DNA of 55,848 nucleotides. Source: a virus (taxonomy: Duplodnaviria; Caudoviricetes). The translations under genes and the position numbers were made by a program. The stretch lies in the IMG/VR virus record IMGVR_UViG_3300027734_003408, positions 1-55,848 of that record, one strand, 5' to 3'. This document shows positions 28,197-39,829 of the stretch, piece after piece; position 1 is the stretch's first letter, and each line of letters begins with the position of its first letter. The notes below the pieces were generated by a model. It was given only the letters and a program-made list of their open reading frames with translations, searched no databases and had not been told where the DNA came from.

Positions 28197-31100
28197 TTAT
28201 ACCAAAATATTCTGTTTGGGAAATACCAGATATTTATCCAGCGCATCGCTGGTATTGTACATATCCACAGGTTCAATAAACTGCATGCTGGCTTCGTCGA
28301 ATGTGGTTTCGTTGCCGATCACAGTGATCACAGTAATCAATGACTGCCAGTTGATCAACGTTAGTCCTGGTCCAGGAGCAGTGGGTCTATACAATTGTGC
28401 TGTGTTGTAAGTTGCACCTTGTGTGACTTGCAAATAATCGTTGGGCGCAACTTGCTGCAGTGGGTTCAGCTGCACAATCGCTGGTTCTGTTGCAGTGGCA
28501 GGTTGTATGGAAATTTCATAGATGTCCATACGGTAGTTGCCCCAACTAGCAGTCATGTCTCCTGTGGCAGTGGTCAATTGTTCAGGAGGATTGTCAACAG
28601 CAGTCATTGTAGACAGGGCCACAGTTTGACTGTTGCTCACAGTGTATGTTCCTGTTCCACCTACTGCAGAAAGAAATGCAGTGATTGTGGTATTTGCACT
28701 TATTCCAGTGCCTATAATGGTCATACCCACTGCTAGTGTACCCGTGAGTGCTGCACTTACAGTGAGTGTGGTGCCGGATATGGTGCCTCTAAAAGTTGCA
28801 GAAATTTCTGCAATACGAAACTGAGTGGCATTGGGTTTGTCATATACACAATAAATCTGATTGTTATTGGTAAAATTAACCACGCCACCGAATGTTGTGC
28901 CAGTGAACCAAATAATATCGCCCACGGTCATGTCTGTGGTATCCGAGCATGTGATTCGATCTGTTGCAGCCGTGGTAGCAGAACATTGTACTTGATACCC
29001 GCCAGGAATGGTGTAAGCACTGTCAAAACTGCCCACAGTATCATTTATCAACACAGGGTCAAATGGTGTTTCATCATACAAAGAAGTATACTGCTGCCAG
29101 GCATTGTCTGTGCTAGTATAGTTGGAATAATCTTCTTGTTTGACAAAAATAATTCTTGTGCCGTCTCTAATCACAACTTTGGTGCCAAAAGGCGCAACAC
29201 CGCCGTCATCAATCCAGGTCAGACCATCAATACCGCCCAGGGCATTGATCTCTTGTAATGTTCGGTAATTGATGTCATCATACGCCAAATTAGTTGCACA
29301 TTCTACCAGACCAATATTGACATAACCAGTGGTGTTGTAATAGTCGAATGTGGTGAGACTGCCCTTGGGAGTCCATTGTTGTGTTTCGGCGTCCCAATTT
29401 TTGCTTAGGGTGCGATCCAGCACATATCTGTCAACTTTGAAGTCCACTGAGTTCAACTGTTGAGCAAAGTATTCAGCAATATAGTAGGCAATCTGTTTGG
29501 ATCTTCCAGGATTGGCATAGCATATTACCCAGGCAGGAGTAAATCCTAATACTCGCCCATTGGTTTGTTTTGAAGTCATCCACAATGGTAATTTGGTTGA
29601 TATCTGTCCCACAACATCTATAACTTGGTCTCGCATGTTGACCAAACTGTTGGGATATACTTGTGTGATTTCTGTGCTACCATCGCTGGGGTCTGTGATA
29701 GCATAAGGTAAGTTTACAATTTTACTTACACTTTCGCCGGCAGTGTTTACCAAGTTGTCAACAATTTTGCTGTACACAACTTCATAGATTACATTGCCAT
29801 TGGCGTCTAGTGCCTGTGCAGTTTCAATAGATCCTAATATGAGATTTTTCCAATAGTGATTGAGATACAAACTGCTGACATAAGTGTCTATGGTATCAGG
29901 AGCAAGGCCATAGGCATGTTCGTATTTCACTGCGGTACTCACCCCAAAGTTGGCATCATCGGGGCGATAAATGTATTCAGGAACAAAAATTTCTTGGTTG
30001 TCCAACAATTGATCAATCAACACTCGATCGTTGGCCGGGGGCAAGGCCACAACATACAAGTTTTGATATGGATAATTGTAGGCTCTAAATATTCTGATGG
30101 TAAAAGTCTTGAACACCGAAATAGCATCTCTAGTTTGATAGGGTTGTATAACGGGTGTTAACACAGCACCTGACCCACCAAATCCTTGAGTAATGGTTAG
30201 TGTAGGAGCACTGTAATATCCAGCACCTTGGTTGGTCACATTCACTGATGTGATTGCACCACCAGTAACCACTGCCACTGCGGTGGCTGTTTCTGCGGTG
30301 GCTCCTATCGGCGATGAAAACAACAATGTAGGTAAATTTATACCACTGTATCCAGATCCGCCGTTGGTCACTGTGACACTGGCCACATTGTATACATCTT
30401 GACTGGGATCTTCTGCGTAAGCATTGACAGTAAAAGTAAACGAACTATCAAATGTGGTTTCGCTGACCCCGGTTATGTTGCTTTGAGTTTTATCAAAGGT
30501 AGTAAACCCTAGATCAACTGAGAAAGTGTTGAATGTGGCACGGCCGGCAATTTCGCCCGACGGCAGCAATGTCAACCCTTGTGGCAATTCGTTGAAAGCA
30601 CCACTCTTTAATCTATAGCTCAGCGTTTTACCGCCACGATTTACTGCTTCAACTTTGAGCAAACTGGTTGCACCATTTTCCAATATGCCAAGGTCTGCAT
30701 CAGTAATCCAAGTACATTCACTGTCAGTGATACCCACAATGGTCAAGGTAAATGGATACAGTTGACTGACCACTGTGGGGGTGTCAGTTTGACTGACTTG
30801 TATGTTGAAACTGTATGTGACTTCTAACAAGCCTTGATCAGGAATGTATCCGTAGTACCACCCAGTGGTAGGGTCCAGTGTGAGGCCGGGTGGTAGCCCT
30901 GCACCTTCATTGACGGAAATAGAGTATGTGAGATCCGCAGTGTCGTAATCATTGGCGCGGAATTGATATGCAAAATAGTTGTCAGAACGTACTCGCCCAA
31001 GATCACTGGGTTCGGCATTGACCAAGAATGGGGCACGCTCTAGATTCTCATCGGCTGTGACAAATGTGTTGTCGCCTGTGATAATTGTGGTGTCGGCTGT

Positions 31101-32027
31101 GAGATCATTTCTATTGTAGACATAAATTGTAAATGTTCTTAGACTGCTGCTTTTTCCATCAGTCACTTCCAAAGTAAATTGATAGTTTTTGCTGATAGCA
31201 GCAACCACAAAGTCATAAGGCACAGTGTCAATTTGTGTTTCGTCATAGCCTGGTATTTGTGTGACACTGGCAGCAGGTTCAATGTATCCATACAGTCTTC
31301 CCGACGTGCTCAGAGTCAATCCTCCAGGCAGCTCTCCACTGACTTTTCTTACAACGATAGTTTCATCAGGATCTTGATTGGTGTATTCGAATGTCAGGTC
31401 CACCAGGTCGCCATCATAGTACACTCCTATCCATCCGGTAATTGTAGTACCCAAATTGTTTTGACTGATGTTTACTGTGTATTTTCCTGTGCCGCCGGCC
31501 GCAGTACCTGTGCTAACAATGGTGGTGCCTGGCACAATGTTGGTACCACGTATGACCATGCCGTTTTGTATGGTGCCTGATGTTATTGCGCCAACTGTTA
31601 GTTCTGTGCCAGAAATAGCACCAGTGAATGTAGCGGTATTATTGGTGGCGAACGATCCATATGGTGTGATAAATTCAGGCACATCATTGCCACTCACTGT
31701 GAGTGAGAATGTACGGTCTGCAATACGAAGGATTTGACCAGTGGCTTCATTTTCGGTGTAGGCACGCAAGGTAAATTTGTTGGTTTCGTTGCGATTGACC
31801 GGTTGTGGCACGCCTTGCAAACTGGCCAAGGCCTGTGGTACTCCTGCAATCAGGCCAGTGATACTGCATTGAATGCCAGCAGGCAAGGTGCCTGCAATGA
31901 CTCTGTAATAAAGATCTGTGCCCGGTTCAGGATCAGGATCGTAGGCCCGCATGCTGGTCTGATAGAATATGCCTTCGGGTATAGTTCCCAAACTACCAGC
32001 GGGTGTGATCCATATAGGTTGTGCCAT
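28197..32027 (-). CDS. large baseplate-like protein with Ig-like repeats
   Basis: Repeated WITP/DxxLG and GxLPxGLTLxxxGxIxG Ig-like motifs; [12 protein letters not shown] repeats. Confidence 0.7.
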   Translation of the reverse strand: MAQPIWITPAGSLGTIPEGIFYQTSMRAYDPDPEPGTDLYYRVIAGTLPAGIQCSITGLIAGVPQALASLQGVPQPVNRNETNKFTLRAYTENEATGQILRIADRTFSLTVSGNDVPEFITPYGSFATNNTATFTGAISGTELTVGAITSGTIQNGMVIRGTNIVPGTTIVSTGTAAGGTGKYTVNISQNNLGTTITGWIGVYYDGDLVDLTFEYTNQDPDETIVVRKVSGELPGGLTLSTSGRLYGYIEPAASVTQIPGYDETQIDTVPYDFVVAAISKNYQFTLEVTDGKSSSLRTFTIYVYNRNDLTADTTIITGDNTFVTADENLERAPFLVNAEPSDLGRVRSDNYFAYQFRANDYDTADLTYSISVNEGAGLPPGLTLDPTTGWYYGYIPDQGLLEVTYSFNIQVSQTDTPTVVSQLYPFTLTIVGITDSECTWITDADLGILENGATSLLKVEAVNRGGKTLSYRLKSGAFNELPQGLTLLPSGEIAGRATFNTFSVDLGFTTFDKTQSNITGVSETTFDSSFTFTVNAYAEDPSQDVYNVASVTVTNGGSGYSGINLPTLLFSSPIGATAETATAVAVVTGGAITSVNVTNQGAGYYSAPTLTITQGFGGSGAVLTPVIQPYQTRDAISVFKTFTIRIFRAYNYPYQNLYVVALPPANDRVLIDQLLDNQEIFVPEYIYRPDDANFGVSTAVKYEHAYGLAPDTIDTYVSSLYLNHYWKNLILGSIETAQALDANGNVIYEVVYSKIVDNLVNTAGESVSKIVNLPYAITDPSDGSTEITQVYPNSLVNMRDQVIDVVGQISTKLPLWMTSKQTNGRVLGFTPAWVICYANPGRSKQIAYYIAEYFAQQLNSVDFKVDRYVLDRTLSKNWDAETQQWTPKGSLTTFDYYNTTGYVNIGLVECATNLAYDDINYRTLQEINALGGIDGLTWIDDGGVAPFGTKVVIRDGTRIIFVKQEDYSNYTSTDNAWQQYTSLYDETPFDPVLINDTVGSFDSAYTIPGGYQVQCSATTAATDRITCSDTTDMTVGDIIWFTGTTFGGVVNFTNNNQIYCVYDKPNATQFRIAEISATFRGTISGTTLTVSAALTGTLAVGMTIIGTGISANTTITAFLSAVGGTGTYTVSNSQTVALSTMTAVDNPPEQLTTATGDMTASWGNYRMDIYEISIQPATATEPAIVQLNPLQQVAPNDYLQVTQGATYNTAQLYRPTAPGPGLTLINWQSLITVITVIGNETTFDEASMQFIEPVDMYNTSDALDKYLVFPKQNILV

Positions 32028-32033
32028 AATGTA

Positions 32034-34148
32034 TTAACAACTTCTCCAGGCACCGCCGCTGTAGATTCTAAGCGAGGGGATAACAGTGTTGTAGTAAAAT
32101 CTTCCTTCAGCTGTACTGACTGGGTCAGAGGTTCCAGTGGGTATGACCAAACTAGTCAATGAAGGCAAGCTAGTGATGTTGGATTGTGTGCCCGAGGTCA
32201 CTGTGCCGGCTGTGGTTGCATTGGTTGCATTGGTTGCATTGGTTGCATTGGTTGCATTGGTTGCATTGGTTGCGCTGGCCACAGTACCAGTGACATTGCC
32301 CCCCGGAATCGATGTTAAGCCTGCACCTGATCCAATAAATTGAGACGCTGTGACATTTCCAGTTACTGACACCGCAGTACCTTCCAATGTCCCAACCACA
32401 ATGGTACCATAACTGTTAACTGTTACTACTTCATTGGTGATAGTGGTTTGCAATGCTGCAATCAATTTATTGCTACTGGCCTGGAATCCAATAAACGCAC
32501 TACGTTCTGCGGTGTTCCAGTACCACAGTTGTTCACCACGATCTTTGGCGTCACTGCTGGTCAATGCTGCATTGTTGGCACCACGACCTATGCTGATGAT
32601 GGGATCTTGTATGGCCAAATTGGTAACATTGGTGTATTCTGTGGTACCGCTCACGGTCAAGTTACCAGCAATAATGGTGCTGCCGCCCACACTGAGTGTG
32701 CCTGCTGTGCTGATGTTGCCGCCAGTGACAGTACCTGCGGCTGTGAGTGCATTGGTACTCTTGTTGAATGTCAAGTTGGCTGTGGCATTGGCTGTGCCAG
32801 AATCATTGAACACCACTTGTGTGTTGGCACCAGGTGCTGACAAGTTGCCTGAAATATTACCAACCACATTGCCGATAAAGTTTGGTGCAGTCACATTGCC
32901 ATTAGCAGTGATTGTGCCATAGGTCAAAATATTGCCTGCTTCTACACGACCTGCCACGTTGGCCAGTCCTGAGGTAATCAAATTACCGCCAGTAACGTTG
33001 CCACTTAAACTTGCTGTGCTGCCGGTATGGGTTGTGGCATTGACGTTGGCGCCACCTAGAACGTTACCACCAGTGATGTTGCCAGTGGCACTGACTTGAC
33101 CACCAGTGCGAATATTACCACCAGTGATGTTGCCAGTGGCAGTAATAACCCCTAATGAATTAATTTGTGTGGCTATTTCAATGTTGCCGCCGGTAATGTT
33201 GGCTGCTGTGGCAATGTTTCCAAAAGCAGAAACAATGGCACCTGACGTGACATTTCCTGTGGCGCTGACTATGCCACCTGTGTTGACGTTGCCACCTGTG
33301 ACGTTGCCAGTTGCAACAATGGTTGTGCCAGCAGTGATACTGTTGCTACTAATTGAACCATTGCCGCCTAGAGCATTGCTGACATTCAAATAATTTAAAG
33401 TACCCAGTTGTTGTAAACTACTGACAGTAACGTTACTGCTCAAAGTAGAGAAAGTCAACAATGCTGCATTGGAACTTACGGCAATACCCGAAAGTTGTGA
33501 TCCATTGCCGATGAAATATTGAGTGCCAATGTTGACATTGCCAGCACCGCTGATAATGCCACCAACACTGAGTGCTCCACTGGTTATAATATTACCCCCA
33601 GTGACATTTCCTGATGCATTGACATTGCTGCCTGCATTGATGTTTGTGCCTGCAACATCGCCTGATGCAGCCACAGCACCTGTGGTGACCAAATTGCCAC
33701 CACGTACATTGCCTGTGACACTCAACGTGCCCAGTGTGCCCACTGTGGTCAAACTGCTGGTTAATACGTTGGAACTCAGTGTGTTTCCTGTAAGCAATGC
33801 TGCGGCCGCAACAGATACCACGCCAGTTAGTTGTGATCCGTTGCCAATAAAAAATTGTCCTGCTGTGACGTTGCCTACGGCTGAAATTGCGCTGTTGCCA
33901 ATCAATGTTCCTGTTACTGTGGCACCTGTGGTGGTCACAGTGATCACATTGGCAGTGCCTTGTGGGCTCATCAAGATAGCACCACTATTTAATATGTTGA
34001 TATTACTAGTGCCATTTGATATACCACTCACACCACCTGCCGCAAACAACTGACTGAAGTTGTTGTTGGTTTTGGTAAATGCAGTGCGTAAAGGATCCCC
34101 AGCGCCGTCGTTAGCAGTTGCCCCAATATTGATAATTTCTTGTGCCAT
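32034..34148 (-). CDS. baseplate/fibre protein with T4 gp9/gp10-like N-terminus
   Basis: INIGATANDGAGDPLRTAFTKTNNNF motif; fibre repeats. Confidence 0.8.
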   Translation of the reverse strand: MAQEIINIGATANDGAGDPLRTAFTKTNNNFSQLFAAGGVSGISNGTSNINILNSGAILMSPQGTANVITVTTTGATVTGTLIGNSAISAVGNVTAGQFFIGNGSQLTGVVSVAAAALLTGNTLSSNVLTSSLTTVGTLGTLSVTGNVRGGNLVTTGAVAASGDVAGTNINAGSNVNASGNVTGGNIITSGALSVGGIISGAGNVNIGTQYFIGNGSQLSGIAVSSNAALLTFSTLSSNVTVSSLQQLGTLNYLNVSNALGGNGSISSNSITAGTTIVATGNVTGGNVNTGGIVSATGNVTSGAIVSAFGNIATAANITGGNIEIATQINSLGVITATGNITGGNIRTGGQVSATGNITGGNVLGGANVNATTHTGSTASLSGNVTGGNLITSGLANVAGRVEAGNILTYGTITANGNVTAPNFIGNVVGNISGNLSAPGANTQVVFNDSGTANATANLTFNKSTNALTAAGTVTGGNISTAGTLSVGGSTIIAGNLTVSGTTEYTNVTNLAIQDPIISIGRGANNAALTSSDAKDRGEQLWYWNTAERSAFIGFQASSNKLIAALQTTITNEVVTVNSYGTIVVGTLEGTAVSVTGNVTASQFIGSGAGLTSIPGGNVTGTVASATNATNATNATNATNATNATTAGTVTSGTQSNITSLPSLTSLVIPTGTSDPVSTAEGRFYYNTVIPSLRIYSGGAWRSC
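32214..32273. repeat. perfect 9-bp tandem repeat GGTTGCATT x6 plus a partial unit, encoding (ATN)n
   Basis: Read directly from the sequence. Confidence 0.95.
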
Positions 34149-34166
34149 GTTTGTGTTCCAGTATGG

Positions 34167-34197
34167 TATTTACCAAAACTTTGTGTGTCGCTAAATA
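34167..34197. promoter_or_regulatory. back-to-back late promoters
   Basis: TAAATA on - at 34167-34172 and on + at 34192-34197, between divergent structural genes. Confidence 0.65.
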
Positions 34198-34216
34198 CTA
34201 GCAATCGGAGCGGTCA

Positions 34217-35611
34217 ATGTCATACATCATCAATAACAGTCGTGGACAAATTGTAGCAGTTGTGGGGGACGGCACAGTCAACACCACTGCTACAGATCTT
34301 GCCTTGGTAGGTCGTGCTGTCACAAACTACGGGGACTATCAAAACGAAAACTACGTATATTTGTTGGAAAACTTTGCCAACAGCACAGCACCCACACAAC
34401 CAATTTTGGGACAACTCTGGTACGATTCCAGCACAGACTTGATCAGTTCCTACAGCACAGCAAATGTCTGGGTAGCATTGGCCTCACAAGATTATGTGCA
34501 ATTGCAAAAAGTTAGTCCTGCGTTTACTGGTGTTCCCACTGCCCCCACCGCCGCAGTTGCTACCAACAGCGTACAACTTGCTACCACAGCATTTGTGCAA
34601 AACAACAAAGTTTCGCCTGCGTTTTCGGGTGTTCCTACAGCACCCACAGCGGCTGCATTGACCAATACCACACAAATTGCTACCACAGCATTTGTGCAAG
34701 GCGAAAAAATTTCGCCAGCATTTTTAGGCACCCCCACTGCACCCACAGCAGTGGCCGGGACTAACACTGTACAAATTGCAACCACAGCATTTGTAACCAA
34801 CAGTCCTGCATTTGATGGCATACCCACTGCTGCCACTGCTGCCACTGCAACCAACACTACACAAATTGCCACAACTGCATTTGTGCAAAACAACAAAGTT
34901 TCTCCAGCATTTAGTGGCATACCCACTACTCCTACTGCTGCCAATGGTACCAGCACCACACAGATTGCCAGTACAGAATTTGTAATCAACAACATCAACA
35001 CCCTGGGTACCATGGCTTTTCAAGACGCCACAGTGGTGGCCATCACAGGCGGATCAATCACAGGCATTGCTGATCTAGCAGTGGCTGACGGCGGCACAGG
35101 TGCCAGTACTGCTTCACAGGCCAGAATCAATCTTGGCATGGGTGATATGGCCATACAGAATTCCAGTGCAGTTGCCATCACCGGCGGCAGCATTGTTGGC
35201 ATCACAGATTTGGCCATAGCCGACGGCGGAACAGGTGCCAGCGACGCTGCTGGTGCAAGAAACAATCTTGGTTTAGCGTCGGGTGCCACTACAACCGTAG
35301 GAACCATGAGTGTGCAGAATGCCAACTCAGTGGCAATCACTGGTGGTGCTATTTCTGGCATTACTCCATTGGCTGTGGCAGATGGTGGTACAGGTGCTGC
35401 AACCGCTGCTGTGGCTAGAACCAATCTCTTTGTTCCGCCCAACTCCAGAACCATCACTGGCGCAGGCGGCTTGACCGGCGGCGGCGATCTTAGCTCAGAC
35501 CGAACCATTACTATTGCTACCACTTCCAATGGATACGGCACACGCTACATTGGTAACACAGGCCCTAACATTGCTGGTGTCACTGGAGACATTTGGTATC
35601 AAATTATATAA
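34217..35611 (+). CDS. tail fibre / baseplate protein
   Basis: LLENFAN..P..GQLWYD head; five SPAFxGxPTAPTA...QIATTAFV repeats; three LAVADGGTGA repeats; GDIWYQ end. Confidence 0.8.
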   Translation: MSYIINNSRGQIVAVVGDGTVNTTATDLALVGRAVTNYGDYQNENYVYLLENFANSTAPTQPILGQLWYDSSTDLISSYSTANVWVALASQDYVQLQKVSPAFTGVPTAPTAAVATNSVQLATTAFVQNNKVSPAFSGVPTAPTAAALTNTTQIATTAFVQGEKISPAFLGTPTAPTAVAGTNTVQIATTAFVTNSPAFDGIPTAATAATATNTTQIATTAFVQNNKVSPAFSGIPTTPTAANGTSTTQIASTEFVINNINTLGTMAFQDATVVAITGGSITGIADLAVADGGTGASTASQARINLGMGDMAIQNSSAVAITGGSIVGITDLAIADGGTGASDAAGARNNLGLASGATTTVGTMSVQNANSVAITGGAISGITPLAVADGGTGAATAAVARTNLFVPPNSRTITGAGGLTGGGDLSSDRTITIATTSNGYGTRYIGNTGPNIAGVTGDIWYQII

Positions 35612-35614
35612 TCA

Positions 35615-38600
35615 ATGACAACATTAATTAGACCTTTAGCAATGACCAACGCTCGGCAAACGTTGACGTTGCCTGCCGCTGGATACTCACAAACTGTGCA
35701 GGCTTATCTCTGGGGTGCTGGTGGTGGCGCAGGAGGTAGTGATGGAACCAGACAAGGTGGCGCAGGCTCAGGCGGCGGATATGTGTCAGCAGCATTTACT
35801 GTGAATCCTGGAGATGTGGTTGAGATTGCAGTGGGTGCCGCCGGCAGCAGTGGAGTCAACAGTAGTGTGGCCAATGCTTATGAGACTCCCATTTTCAGCA
35901 CACGTACCGCTGTGCCCATTGGGAGAACTACTCCATTGCCTCGAGCTAGTGCAACAAATGTTGCTAAATGGTCAAAATTTTTGAATGACACCGGCGTATG
36001 GAACACTGGCACAGCACTGGATGGCAGCACCACAAGCCAGGCCAACACCTTAAATTTTGATCAATCGTATACTGTATTTTTTGAACTTTCCATCACTTAT
36101 GTGTTTAACTTGGCAGCCTACTACGAAGCCACAGTGTATCTCGATGGCGAAGTGCTGTTTGAATCTGGCCTAAACAGTTGGACAACTCAAGAGACCGGCG
36201 GCTCAAGACTGGTAGTTCCCATAACTCCTGGCGAGCATACCATACGCATTCGAGCCAATGCCAATGCTGGAGCAAGTTATGGCGTGTTTGGAGTGGGTCT
36301 TACCATAGCCACTGCAGGAAATGCAGGCTTTGGTGGATTTGGACTGGTGAGAAATATATTTGATACTAGGAATACCGTAGCCAGTCCACCACTGTTTGTG
36401 TCAACTCCTATAACAAACAGCACCAACATTTATAGCAATCTCATGTTTGATTTTGGTATGTGGGAACAAGATGTCAAAGCCGCGTCTTGCTCACGCACAT
36501 ACAACAATGTTTATTTTCCTTATACCGGAGTTTATCAAATTGAAATGAGTGCAGCCAACACAGCCACACTGACCATTGACGGAACACCTGTGTATACCAC
36601 ACCTGGCAGTGATTCATACAGCACTTCATTCACCACAGATGTCACAGTAAGTCAAGGATATCACACAATCTCGTTCTCTGCTTCGTTCAGTCAAACAGCG
36701 TTGCCAAGCGCAGGTGTAGCCATTATTATCAGCAAAAGTTGGTCAGGCGCCACTGGCGGTTTGGCGGGACCTGTGGGTGCTTCAGGCGGTGGAGGTGGAT
36801 CTGGTGCGTGTACTACTTTGGTGTTGAATCCAAGAACCCCAAATGAAACATTGATAGCAGTTGCAGTAGGTGGTGCTGGTGGCGGTGGTGCTGGTGGCAG
36901 CAATGGTGGAATAGGCGAAGCCACAGCACCCGGACCACGTGGTCTCACCGCTGCTGGAATCAGTTCGCCGCAAACTGGACAAAATCAAGGTGATCTGTAC
37001 CAAGACGGTGCAGGTGGTGGTGCAGGTGGTCCTGGAGGACCCGGTGGTGCTGGAAAGAATGGTTTCAGCAGTGTGGGCGATGCCTACGGTCAGGCCGGCA
37101 GCGTGGGATTGAGTTATTTAAATCCCATAGCCACAGGCACAGTGGCAAATCCTACCAACGTTTCTGTGGCATTTACTGGACCCTATTACGATCTTCTGCC
37201 TGGAGTAGGAACTGGCGGTGCCCCAGGCTCACTACAGGGCAACAACGGTGGTGCTGTTTTTATATTCAACAGTTTTGGTCCTAGGGTGCGGACCGCCGGG
37301 GGCTGGCAAGAAGTCAAAACAATTTTTGTCAATGTCAACGGTGAATGGAAGCAAATTGACGGTATGTATGTGAATGAGGCTGGTGTATGGGAACCAGTGG
37401 TTGGAACTTTTGTGCCAACATTTGAGTCACAAGCAGATGATTGGGCTAGGGTGTCAAGAGTACCTGATCGACGAGCACTGCCTCCACCGCCAAAACCCAT
37501 AGTATACGATACATTTCGTAGTTGTTGCTGTTTTGTGGCTGGCACACTGATCACCATGGCTGATGGATCAACAAAAAACATTGAAGATGTTGCATTAGGA
37601 GAAACAATTCTTGGTAAAGACAATGTTTGCAACACAGTGCTGGAGTTCTTGAGACCCACGCTAGGCGAAACTGGCGCCACATTGATGGCGTTCAACGGTG
37701 GCAAACCTTTTATGGCCAGTGATCACCCGGTATATATTAGAGGCCAAGGCTGGAAGTCATTTGATCCCGAAATGACTTACAGCAAATATTCAATGACCGT
37801 GGGTCAATACCAAGTGGGAGACATTGTTGAAACCCAGGATGGTGTGGGATTTGAAATACACAGTATTGAAGAATACAGCGACCAAGATCCTGATCAAACA
37901 ATCTACAACTTTGTACTTGACGGCAATCACACTTATATTGCCGACAATCTTGTGGTCCACAACAAAGGTGGCGCAGGCGGTTGTGGCGGTTCTGCTGGAG
38001 GTGGTGGTGGTGGCGGCTGCTGTTGTTGTTTTGTGGCCGGCACAATGATCACCATGGCAGATGGATCATACAAGTGTATTGAAGATGTTGCGCTTGGTGA
38101 CGTTGTGTTGGGCAAAGATGGCACACACAATACTGTACTGGAATTCCTGAGACCTACCCTGGGCGAAACTGGCGCCACACTGATGGCATTCAACAGCGGT
38201 GTGCCATTCATGGCTAGTGATCATCCTGTTTGGATCAGAAATGAAGGTTGGAAATCTTATGATCCTGCAATGACCTATGACAAGTATGGAATAGTTGTAA
38301 GCCAGTACAAAGTGGGAGATGTAATTGAAACTGAAGATCAAACAGGATTTGCGATTGACTCAATTGAAGAATACACCAATCAAGACTTGACTCAAACCAT
38401 TTACAATATAAAAGTAACCGGAAACAACACTTACGTTGCCAACAAACTAGTGGTGCACAACAAGTCGGATGCAAGACTAAAACGCAATATTGAATTGATT
38501 GACACACGCAGTGATGGATTAAAGATCTACACCTTTAAATATGTCTGGAGTGATGTTACCTGGGTTGGCGTTATGGCTCAAGATTTGTTGGAACAACCAC

Positions 38601-38707
38601 AGTTCGCACATGCAGTTCGAATGGATAAAGATGGGTTTTACTCTGTGGACTACAGCAAGATCAACTTTGAAATGACCAGAGCAGATACGTACTGTGTAGA
38701 AAGTTAA
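35615..38707 (+). CDS. Gly-rich tail/adhesin protein with two tandem Hint domains and a C-terminal S74 intramolecular chaperone
   Basis: Polyglycine scaffold with PA14-like inserts; two CFVAGT...DHP...VVHN domains; SDARLKRNI...GVMAQDL...VDYSKI. Confidence 0.85.
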   Translation: MTTLIRPLAMTNARQTLTLPAAGYSQTVQAYLWGAGGGAGGSDGTRQGGAGSGGGYVSAAFTVNPGDVVEIAVGAAGSSGVNSSVANAYETPIFSTRTAVPIGRTTPLPRASATNVAKWSKFLNDTGVWNTGTALDGSTTSQANTLNFDQSYTVFFELSITYVFNLAAYYEATVYLDGEVLFESGLNSWTTQETGGSRLVVPITPGEHTIRIRANANAGASYGVFGVGLTIATAGNAGFGGFGLVRNIFDTRNTVASPPLFVSTPITNSTNIYSNLMFDFGMWEQDVKAASCSRTYNNVYFPYTGVYQIEMSAANTATLTIDGTPVYTTPGSDSYSTSFTTDVTVSQGYHTISFSASFSQTALPSAGVAIIISKSWSGATGGLAGPVGASGGGGGSGACTTLVLNPRTPNETLIAVAVGGAGGGGAGGSNGGIGEATAPGPRGLTAAGISSPQTGQNQGDLYQDGAGGGAGGPGGPGGAGKNGFSSVGDAYGQAGSVGLSYLNPIATGTVANPTNVSVAFTGPYYDLLPGVGTGGAPGSLQGNNGGAVFIFNSFGPRVRTAGGWQEVKTIFVNVNGEWKQIDGMYVNEAGVWEPVVGTFVPTFESQADDWARVSRVPDRRALPPPPKPIVYDTFRSCCCFVAGTLITMADGSTKNIEDVALGETILGKDNVCNTVLEFLRPTLGETGATLMAFNGGKPFMASDHPVYIRGQGWKSFDPEMTYSKYSMTVGQYQVGDIVETQDGVGFEIHSIEEYSDQDPDQTIYNFVLDGNHTYIADNLVVHNKGGAGGCGGSAGGGGGGGCCCCFVAGTMITMADGSYKCIEDVALGDVVLGKDGTHNTVLEFLRPTLGETGATLMAFNSGVPFMASDHPVWIRNEGWKSYDPAMTYDKYGIVVSQYKVGDVIETEDQTGFAIDSIEEYTNQDLTQTIYNIKVTGNNTYVANKLVVHNKSDARLKRNIELIDTRSDGLKIYTFKYVWSDVTWVGVMAQDLLEQPQFAHAVRMDKDGFYSVDYSKINFEMTRADTYCVES
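37529..37963 (+). other. Hint (intein-like) domain 1, 145 aa
   Basis: Cys1 CFVAGT, block B ASDHP, terminal HN followed by Lys. Confidence 0.85.
38027..38461 (+). other. Hint (intein-like) domain 2, 145 aa
   Basis: Same motifs; 104 of 145 residues identical to domain 1 by manual count. Confidence 0.85.
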
Positions 38708-39024
38708 ATAGAGAAACTGCTACCACATCCGCAAGTGCTTACTGCTTGCGGATTGTTGATCACAAAGCTGGCGCCCATGGCATCCTCCTTGTAATCAATT
38801 GCTGAACCTTGCAAGTATTGCATGCTCATGGCATCTATCACAATCTTGACTGAGTCGTACACAAAGTCAAAGTCATCTTCGTTTTTGGCTTCATCAAAGG
38901 TGAATCCATAACTGAATCCTGAGCATCCTCCGCCTTGCACAAACACACGTAGCATGAGATTGGGGTTGCCTTCTTCGGCCACAAGTTCTTTTAGTTTGTC
39001 AATGGCCGCTGGTTGTAGATTCAT
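38704..39024 (-). CDS. erpA: A-type Fe-S cluster carrier (ErpA/IscA/HesB family)
   Basis: [31 protein letters not shown]; start MNLQP. Confidence 0.9.
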   Translation of the reverse strand: MNLQPAAIDKLKELVAEEGNPNLMLRVFVQGGGCSGFSYGFTFDEAKNEDDFDFVYDSVKIVIDAMSMQYLQGSAIDYKEDAMGASFVINNPQAVSTCGCGSSFSI

Positions 39025-39263
39025 TTTGTTTCTTCCTTTTGGGGTGGTCGAGGTGTTTGATATGCGGCTTCTCGTTGCTTGGCAATGACCATTCGCATGC
39101 ATTGTGTTCGGTATTCGTAACTATTGATCTTGTCGCAAAATGAGGCACTGCCTGCATAACTGGCTAGACAGTAGTTTTTCTTGTCCGGGGTAGGCTCTCT
39201 TACACATTTGTTCATGTCCGCATGTGCCACAACGGGCATGAGTACCCACAACAATCTCCACAT
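39021..39263 (-). CDS. small secreted Cys-containing protein
   Basis: Signal peptide ending AHA-D; four Cys; AGGAG RBS. Confidence 0.65.
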   Translation of the reverse strand: MWRLLWVLMPVVAHADMNKCVREPTPDKKNYCLASYAGSASFCDKINSYEYRTQCMRMVIAKQREAAYQTPRPPQKEETK

Positions 39264-39272
39264 GCCGACTCC

Positions 39273-39821
39273 TTACAGACGTTCGTTACAGACGTCCCAA
39301 TCTATTATTTTCCAGATGTTGTCTAGATAACGTTCTTTGTCCCACTGATAGTCTGTGGCCCAAACATGTTCCCACCAGTCAACCAGCACACAGATATCTG
39401 TGCGCACAGCATGGTTGGCAATGGTCTTGATGTCACCGCTAGTGCTCAAATACACCCAACCTGAGCCCTGTATCTTCATGGCAACGTCTTTGAAGGCTTC
39501 TTTGAAATCTTCGTAGGTCTTGAACTTTTCTTCAATCAAGGCCAACACAGCACCACGGGGTCTGTTGGCACCTTTAACAGGGTGCAGTTGTGGAAAGAAT
39601 TTATTGTGTAAAAAACTGCCAGCGCGATTGAAATCCGCGTTGCCTTCTCCAGCGTTGTAACGCTTGGCATAGCCCTTGGCCAAATGTTCGTAGTGATAGT
39701 TGATGCTGTCCTCACTCAGTACAGGTGCCAGATCCTTGACACCGTAAGGCAACGGAGTGGTTTCCAACTTGGCCGGTCTTGTGCTGGCTTCTACTAGATT
39801 GATGTGATTTCTCAGTTCCAT
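39273..39821 (-). CDS. Fe/Mn superoxide dismutase
   Basis: LPY..LAPVLS, YHY, LHNKFF, QGSGWVYL, DWWEH; all four metal ligands present. Confidence 0.9.
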   Translation of the reverse strand: MELRNHINLVEASTRPAKLETTPLPYGVKDLAPVLSEDSINYHYEHLAKGYAKRYNAGEGNADFNRAGSFLHNKFFPQLHPVKGANRPRGAVLALIEEKFKTYEDFKEAFKDVAMKIQGSGWVYLSTSGDIKTIANHAVRTDICVLVDWWEHVWATDYQWDKERYLDNIWKIIDWDVCNERL

Positions 39822-39829
39822 ACTGATAT

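Noticed and set aside
37529-38461. Classical mobile inteins
   Set aside because: No homing endonuclease, Lys at +1, and location in a variable tail protein fit intein-like Hint domains instead; the copies differ at many sites, so this is not an assembly duplication.
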